Source: Treponemataceae bacterium
GTDB taxonomy: Bacteria > Spirochaetota > Spirochaetia > Treponematales > Rectinemataceae
Direction of reading: 5' to 3'
Length of the DNA stretch: 64,000 nucleotides
NCBI GenBank assembly: GCA_963677895.2
Contig: CAXXGJ010000006.1
Coordinates: 128,001-192,000 of the forward strand
Part shown: piece after piece, positions 58,677 to 64,000 of the stretch
Numbering within the stretch: position 1 is the first letter of the stretch
How the letters are laid out: every line of letters starts with the position of its first letter
Made by a program: the position numbers and the translations under genes
Notes under the pieces: model-generated
Databases searched by the model: none
Told to the model about the DNA's origin: nothing
Seen by the model: only the letters and a program-made list of their open reading frames with translations

Positions 58677-59252
58677 TTATTTTATCAGGCCGGCGAAGCC
58701 CATGAAGGCCATGCCGATCATGCTCGTCGCGATGAAGAGGATGGGCGTTCCCTGGAGGAACTTCGGCACCGGGCTCGTTCTCATCCTCTGGCGCACGCCC
58801 GCCAGCAGTATCATCGCCAGGAGATAGCCCAGCGAGACACCCACCGCGTAGACGATGGACTGGATGAAGGTATAGTTGAGGGAGATGTTCTCGAAGACTA
58901 CCGCCGAAATGGCGCAGTTCGTCGTGATCAAGGGAAGATAGATGCCCATGGCGGCGTAGAGGCCGGGGATATTCTTCTTCAGATAGAATTCCACCAGCTG
59001 GACGAGGCTTGCCACCACGAGAATGAAGATGATGATCTCGAGAAACTGAAGATGGAGTGGCGCCAGAACGAAGTGGTAGAGCGGCCAGGTGACCGCGGTG
59101 GCCATCACCGTCACGAAGGTCACGGCCATGCCCATGCCGAAGGACTGGCCCACGTCGTTCGTCATCCCGATATAGGAGCAGAGCGCGATGAAGCGCATCA
59201 GGATGATGTTGTTGATGAGCACGCTGACGATAAGGATTTTCATCAGATCCAT
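58677..59252 (-). CDS. rnfA: Rnf complex subunit A
   Basis: GIYLPLITTNCA. Confidence 0.93.
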   Translation of the reverse strand: MDLMKILIVSVLINNIILMRFIALCSYIGMTNDVGQSFGMGMAVTFVTVMATAVTWPLYHFVLAPLHLQFLEIIIFILVVASLVQLVEFYLKKNIPGLYAAMGIYLPLITTNCAISAVVFENISLNYTFIQSIVYAVGVSLGYLLAMILLAGVRQRMRTSPVPKFLQGTPILFIATSMIGMAFMGFAGLIK

Positions 59253-59875
59253 TATGCGCTCTCCTTTGCGTCCGCTTTCTTGTTGGAGCGTCCCTTCATC
59301 CAGATGTTGAACGAGATGAAGAGGCCGAAGATGAGGAATCCGCCGGGAGGCAGAATGAAGAAGAGGATGGGCTTGTACGATTCAGGCATTACCTGGATCC
59401 CCGCGAAGGTTCCGTTGCCGAGAAGTTCGCGCAAGGCGGACATTCCCACGAGCACCCATGTGTAGCCCAGGCCCATGCCCAGGGCGTCAAAGATGGCGGG
59501 GAGAACTTTCTGCTTGTAGGAGAAAGCTTCCACGCGGCCCATGATTATGCAGTTTACGACGATGAGGGGAATGAAGACGCCCATGCTCTTGGAGAGTTCG
59601 GGAAGATAGGCCTTCATCGTAAGGTCGACGATCGTCGTGAACGCGCCGATGATGATGAGGAATATGGGCATTCGCACCGAGCTGGGGATCACTTTCCTGA
59701 AACCCGAAACGATGATCTCGGAGAAGAGGAGCACGAATGTCATCGCGAGCCCCATGCCGACGCCGTTCGATACGTTGGAGGTCACGGCGAGGGCCGAGCA
59801 AAGGCCTATCATCAGGATGAGCAGCGGATTCTCGAATACGAGCCCCGCCTTGAATACTTTCCAGAGGTTTTTCAT
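59252..59875 (-). CDS. rnfE: Rnf complex subunit E
   Basis: GLCSALAVT, FIPLIVVNC, LPPGGF. Confidence 0.93.
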   Translation of the reverse strand: MKNLWKVFKAGLVFENPLLILMIGLCSALAVTSNVSNGVGMGLAMTFVLLFSEIIVSGFRKVIPSSVRMPIFLIIIGAFTTIVDLTMKAYLPELSKSMGVFIPLIVVNCIIMGRVEAFSYKQKVLPAIFDALGMGLGYTWVLVGMSALRELLGNGTFAGIQVMPESYKPILFFILPPGGFLIFGLFISFNIWMKGRSNKKADAKESA

Positions 59876-59876
59876 G

Positions 59877-60545
59877 TCACTTGCCTCCCGTCGTTTCGGC
59901 GGCGGTTTCGGCTGCCGCGGGCTGGCCTTCTGTGGTCGCGGGCGCTGTCGCGGACGCGACTGTCGAATTCTCGAGCCATAGCGCGGCGGCGTCGGCGGCC
60001 GTCTTTATGATGCGCGTCAGGGATTTGGAGGTTATCGTCGACGCGGTAATGGCCACGACGTCCTTCTTGACTTCAAAGGCATCGGTGATGAACTTCCCGG
60101 CGAACTGGCCGGGGAAGGTGATCTTCTCGGCCTTCTTGACGAAATAGCCCGCGTTTTTGGCGTTGGCGCCGAGGCCGGCCGTATCGTTGAGTTCGAGAAC
60201 GCTCACGCCGGCGATGCTGCGGTTGAGGTTTACCCCAACGAGAAGCTTGGCCGCGCCGCCGTAGCTGGAGCCCGTCGCCTTTATCGCCAGCCCGAGGGGG
60301 GCGAGCGCGGATTTGACGAAGAAGGCTTGTTCGAACTTGATGCCCTCGACGCTCGAGCTGACCGTCGACGAGACATCCTCGAAGCTTTCGGCGTCGGGGA
60401 AAATATTCTTGAGCGATTCGTTCAGGGCTTTCTCGCTCTGCATCGCTATGGCCGATTCGGTGACGGAGTAGACCACGGCAAGCGCCGCGCAGCCGACCGC
60501 CGCGAAAATGGCGAGGATGAGGCCCAGCCTTGTGATTCCTTTCAT
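59877..60545 (-). CDS. rnfG: Rnf complex subunit G
   Basis: N-terminal TM, DTAGLG, ITASTITS FMN-binding-type motif; operon position. Confidence 0.88.
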   Translation of the reverse strand: MKGITRLGLILAIFAAVGCAALAVVYSVTESAIAMQSEKALNESLKNIFPDAESFEDVSSTVSSSVEGIKFEQAFFVKSALAPLGLAIKATGSSYGGAAKLLVGVNLNRSIAGVSVLELNDTAGLGANAKNAGYFVKKAEKITFPGQFAGKFITDAFEVKKDVVAITASTITSKSLTRIIKTAADAAALWLENSTVASATAPATTEGQPAAAETAAETTGGK

Positions 60546-61552
60546 CGGGAGGCCTCCTTGGACGGTTTCGCCGGCTTGACGGGAGGCAGGTATCCGTATT
60601 TCTTCACTCTAAGCTTGTTGAGATAGGGCGTCACGATGTTCATGGTGAGGATGGCGTAGGTCACGCCCTCGGGGAATCCGCCCAATTTCCTGATCAATAT
60701 GACGAGGAGACCGATCCCCACGCCGAAGACAGCCTGGCCCAAGGGAGTAAGCGGCCTGGTCGAATAGTCGGTCGCCATGAAGAAGGCGCCGAAAACGAGA
60801 CCGCCCGACAGAACCGCGAAGAAGGGGTTCATGCCGAATATCCACGCGAAGACGAAGGCCGATCCGATCACCGAGACGGGGACGATCCACTGGACGATGC
60901 CGATCGCGATGAGGAAGATTCCGCCCAGGAGGATGAGGAGGATGGAACTCTCCCCGAGCGAGCCGGAGCGATAGCCCATGAAGAGCTGGCGCATGAAGGC
61001 GCCGACATCGGAGGCGCCGAAATAGGTGGCCACGTCGGCGAGGGACGAACCTTGTTTAATGAGAGCGAGCGGCGTGGCCGTGCTCAAGGCGTCAGCCGCG
61101 AGGGGCAGGCCGTTGGGCATGGACCAGGTGGTGATCGCCGCCGGGAAGCTCATCAATAGGAAGGCGCGGCCGATCAACGCGGGGTTGAAGGGGTTCGCGC
61201 CCAAGCCCCCGAAGAATTCCTTGGCCACGACGATCGCGAAAACGGCGCCGAGGGCGGCCATCCAGAGCGGCGTCTTGGGAGGGAGAATCAGGGCGAGCAG
61301 AAGGCCGGTGATGACGGCGGAAAAATCGCCTACCGTTGTCGTGGCCTTGATCAGCTTCCGGAAAAGGTATTCCGCGGCGACGGCCGCCGCGACGGATACG
61401 AAAACAAGGGCGAGCGCCGAAAAACCATAGAGGTATACGCCATAGCCGACGGCGGGAATCAAGGCGATGATGACGGAGAGCATCATGCGCGAGGTGGTCA
61501 CCGGCGTGAACGAATGGGGGCTCGAAGAGAGCAACATGCCTTTAGCGGGCAT
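60542..61552 (-). CDS. rnfD: Rnf complex subunit D
   Basis: SSPH, FGGLGANPFNPA, STATPL, FMATD, PEGVTYAIL. Confidence 0.93.
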   Translation of the reverse strand: MPAKGMLLSSSPHSFTPVTTSRMMLSVIIALIPAVGYGVYLYGFSALALVFVSVAAAVAAEYLFRKLIKATTTVGDFSAVITGLLLALILPPKTPLWMAALGAVFAIVVAKEFFGGLGANPFNPALIGRAFLLMSFPAAITTWSMPNGLPLAADALSTATPLALIKQGSSLADVATYFGASDVGAFMRQLFMGYRSGSLGESSILLILLGGIFLIAIGIVQWIVPVSVIGSAFVFAWIFGMNPFFAVLSGGLVFGAFFMATDYSTRPLTPLGQAVFGVGIGLLVILIRKLGGFPEGVTYAILTMNIVTPYLNKLRVKKYGYLPPVKPAKPSKEASR

Positions 61553-62924
61553 TCTGGGCCTCCTTTTGCTTCAATGCGCGAAGAACCTGCTTGCCTACCC
61601 TGAAGCGCTGCACCAGATGGCGATGCGCCGGGCATACGAAGGAACAGGTTCCGCATTCGATACAGTCAAGGAGTCCGATCTTTTCGGCTTCCTTATAGTC
61701 TTCTTCCTCTATCGCCACGGCGAGAAGGGCGGGCGACAGCCTGCAGGAGCAGGCTCTCATGCATCTGCCGCAGCGGATGCATGTTTCCTCGTCGTAGTGC
61801 CTCGCTTCCTCGGCGTTGAGAAGAAGCACGCCGGAAGTGTTTTTCTGGACGGGAATCTGATAGTTGGGAACGGCGACGCCCATCATGGGACCGCCGTAGA
61901 TGATCATCGCGAGCGCCGCTTCGTCCACCTGGGCGAGTCCCGCGGCGATAATGTCGGCGACGGGAGTGCCAATCGGCGCGATCACGTTTACCGGCTTCGT
62001 GCATGCTCCGCCCGAAATCGTAAGCCCGCGCTCTATGAGAGGCTTGCCTTCCTTGAAGGCGTCCACCATGGCGCAAAGCGATCCGATATTTTGGACAACG
62101 CAGCCGACATCCATGGGAAGCCCGCCGGAGGGGACTTCCTTGCCGGTTATCGCCGCGATCAGCATTTTTTCGCCGCCCTGGGGATACTTCGTTTTCAGCA
62201 GCTGGACGCGGATTTTCATGCCAGCGCGCGTGCGCGGGCTGGAGGCTATCGCCTTTTCGAGGAGGGGAATGGCGTGAGCCTTGTTTTCCTCCACGGCGAT
62301 GATGCCTTCAGGGGCATTCACGATTTTCATCGTGATGGCCACGCCTTCGACCACATCCTCGGGACGCTCGATCATCGTCCGCTCGTCAATCGTCAGGAAA
62401 GGTTCGCACTCGGCTCCGTTCGCGATCACGAAGGAGATGGGTTTGGAGGGGGCCAGCTTTACGTGCACGGGAAAGCCCGCGCCGCCCATGCCCACGATTC
62501 CCGCCGCGCGGACGCGAGCCAGGGCCTCTTCCTTCGTGCAGCTGAATACATCGAGCGGCGGCATGAAATCGACGAGATCTTCCGGTGCCGGCGCCGCCTG
62601 TCCCTCTGCCGGAGGAGGCAGGGCTTCGATGATGATGCAGGGGCCATCGTTGTTGTTGGACTGGGTTCTCGGTTCGATCTTCTTGACGACGCCGGCTATG
62701 GGGGAATGGACGGGTACCGTCATTCTGCCATCGGCATCGGCAATTTTCTGCCCGCGTTTCACAATATCGCCGACCTTGACCAAAGCCTGGAGCGGAGCTC
62801 CGAAGTGCTGGTTAACGGGGACGACGACTTGTTTAACCTCGCGCAGACGTTCGACCGCAAGGCCGCTCGAACGGTCTTTTCTCTCGGGTGGGTGTGCTCC
62901 ACCTTTAAAGGTCTTTACTGTCAT
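61542..62924 (-). CDS. rnfC: Rnf complex subunit C
   Basis: GIVGMGGAGFP, NGAECEP, YPQGGEK, CIRCGRC, CIECGTC. Confidence 0.95.
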   Translation of the reverse strand: MTVKTFKGGAHPPERKDRSSGLAVERLREVKQVVVPVNQHFGAPLQALVKVGDIVKRGQKIADADGRMTVPVHSPIAGVVKKIEPRTQSNNNDGPCIIIEALPPPAEGQAAPAPEDLVDFMPPLDVFSCTKEEALARVRAAGIVGMGGAGFPVHVKLAPSKPISFVIANGAECEPFLTIDERTMIERPEDVVEGVAITMKIVNAPEGIIAVEENKAHAIPLLEKAIASSPRTRAGMKIRVQLLKTKYPQGGEKMLIAAITGKEVPSGGLPMDVGCVVQNIGSLCAMVDAFKEGKPLIERGLTISGGACTKPVNVIAPIGTPVADIIAAGLAQVDEAALAMIIYGGPMMGVAVPNYQIPVQKNTSGVLLLNAEEARHYDEETCIRCGRCMRACSCRLSPALLAVAIEEEDYKEAEKIGLLDCIECGTCSFVCPAHRHLVQRFRVGKQVLRALKQKEAQNAR

Positions 62925-63130
62925 GGCGGAAAAAATCTCCTTTGCAGGTAATATCCGCTTTCGTGCGTGTCCCGTCGAAAATGAAAAGTGGACACGATGA
63001 ATGGGTGGGAAATCGCGAAATTCTAACCCAAATAATAAAGAACGGTCAAGCCGGAAAGTATGGAAATGTATTTATAAGTCTTTATATCATCTATGATAAG
63101 CGTCGCTTTTTTCGATATTATATTATCTAT

Positions 63131-63171
63131 AAAAAAAGCCGGCTTAAACCCTCAAGGGGAAGCCGGCTTTT
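63131..63171 (-). terminator. Intrinsic terminator after jag
   Basis: aaaagccggctt...aagccggctttt, followed by a U run on the minus strand. Confidence 0.8.
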
Positions 63172-63205
63172 CAATGGCATCCGGAGAGGATGCGCTACCG
63201 TCTGG

Positions 63206-63943
63206 TTACTTTCTGCCGCGGAACATCACGCGGACCTGCTTGTAAAGGCCTTCGCCTTCGCTCTTCGTCTCGATGTCGACGATGTCGTTCAACGTCGTGT
63301 GGATGATTCGGCGCTCGAAGGGATTCATCGGCTCCAGCAGGATCGAGCGTCCGGTCCTCCGCACCTGTTCGGCGGATTCATAGGCTATGCGGACGAGGGA
63401 TTCTTCCCTGCGGATCCTGTAGTTCTCTGAATCCAGGATGACTTTTATGTCTTCCCTGCCGAGCTTTCCGGCATAGACATTGGCCAGGAGCTGAAGGGCG
63501 TCGATATTCTTGCCCTTCTTGCCGATGATCATCGAGGTGTTTTCCGTCTCGATCTTCAGGCCAACCTTCTTCTCTTCCCTGAAGAGGACAGATACCTTGG
63601 CGGGATAGCCCATTTTGCCGACCACTTCCGTCGTCCATGCCACCATCTTCGTCTCGAACTCATCGATCGGCATCTTTTCCGCGTCGGAAAGCGGAGCGCG
63701 TTCGATCGGCGAGGAAGCCGAAGCGGCGGGAGCGGAGGAAGCAGCCTGCGGCGCCATGGCCGGATTCTTCGGCTCGGCTTCGCTAGTATGCACCCTGATC
63801 CGCACTTTTCCCTTCTTGAACAGACCCCCGGAGAGGGACTCCAGGATCTCCACGTCGAACTCGTCCGTTTCCAGTCCGAGTTCCGAGGCGGCAAGCTCGA
63901 TAGCCTCACGCTCCGTCTTGCCTTCAAATTCATATATCATCAC
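63206..63943 (-). CDS. jag: Jag/EloR/KhpB RNA-binding protein
   Basis: Jag_N (FEGKTEREAI), KH (IIGKKGKNIDALQ), R3H (PMNPFERRIIH). Confidence 0.93.
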   Translation of the reverse strand: MMIYEFEGKTEREAIELAASELGLETDEFDVEILESLSGGLFKKGKVRIRVHTSEAEPKNPAMAPQAASSAPAASASSPIERAPLSDAEKMPIDEFETKMVAWTTEVVGKMGYPAKVSVLFREEKKVGLKIETENTSMIIGKKGKNIDALQLLANVYAGKLGREDIKVILDSENYRIRREESLVRIAYESAEQVRRTGRSILLEPMNPFERRIIHTTLNDIVDIETKSEGEGLYKQVRVMFRGRK

Positions 63944-63965
63944 GAATCTCCTAAAGAGAGGGATA

Positions 63966-64000
63966 TTACTTGCTCGCGGTCAGCCTCAACGCTTCTTTCC
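63966..64000 (-). CDS. 3' end of an upstream gene (KEALRLTASK*), possibly yidC by synteny
   Basis: Open frame ending in TAA just before the jag RBS; identity inferred only from the common yidC-jag gene order. Confidence 0.3.
   Translation of the reverse strand, partial: KEALRLTASK

Noticed and set aside
63005..63130. Rex or other operator upstream of rnfC
   Set aside because: Only weak AT-rich partial palindromes are present, with no convincing TTGTGAA-N4-TTCACAA match.

Overview
GC-rich bacterial chromosome segment, probably from an anaerobic spirochaete (inferred from protein style, not proven). The core content is polysaccharide genes (including a Wzx flippase fused in frame to a GT4 glycosyltransferase), a peptide-utilisation cluster with a frameshifted oppB, tex, tRNA-Gly(CCC), a TctABC-PrpF-aconitase-LysR cluster, a second peptidase/transporter cluster, tldD/pmbA, metK, rnfCDGEAB and jag. 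There are two accessory regions. One is a decayed 3.1-kb islet in tRNA-Gly bounded by a 40-bp direct repeat. The other is a defence-like block at about 39.2-45.6 kb, AT-rich from about 40.7 kb (HigBA, a DUF488 gene pair, an hsdM remnant, DUF1801). The most notable element is at 43276-45480: a structured, two-fold pseudo-symmetric ~125-nt non-coding RNA followed by a SLATT membrane protein and an intact reverse transcriptase (UG17/DRT10-like architecture). The whole unit appears to be packaged as a single ~2.17-kb integron gene cassette between an attI-like site and a complete attC site, with no integron integrase in the window. All family assignments come from motif recognition only; no database searches were run.
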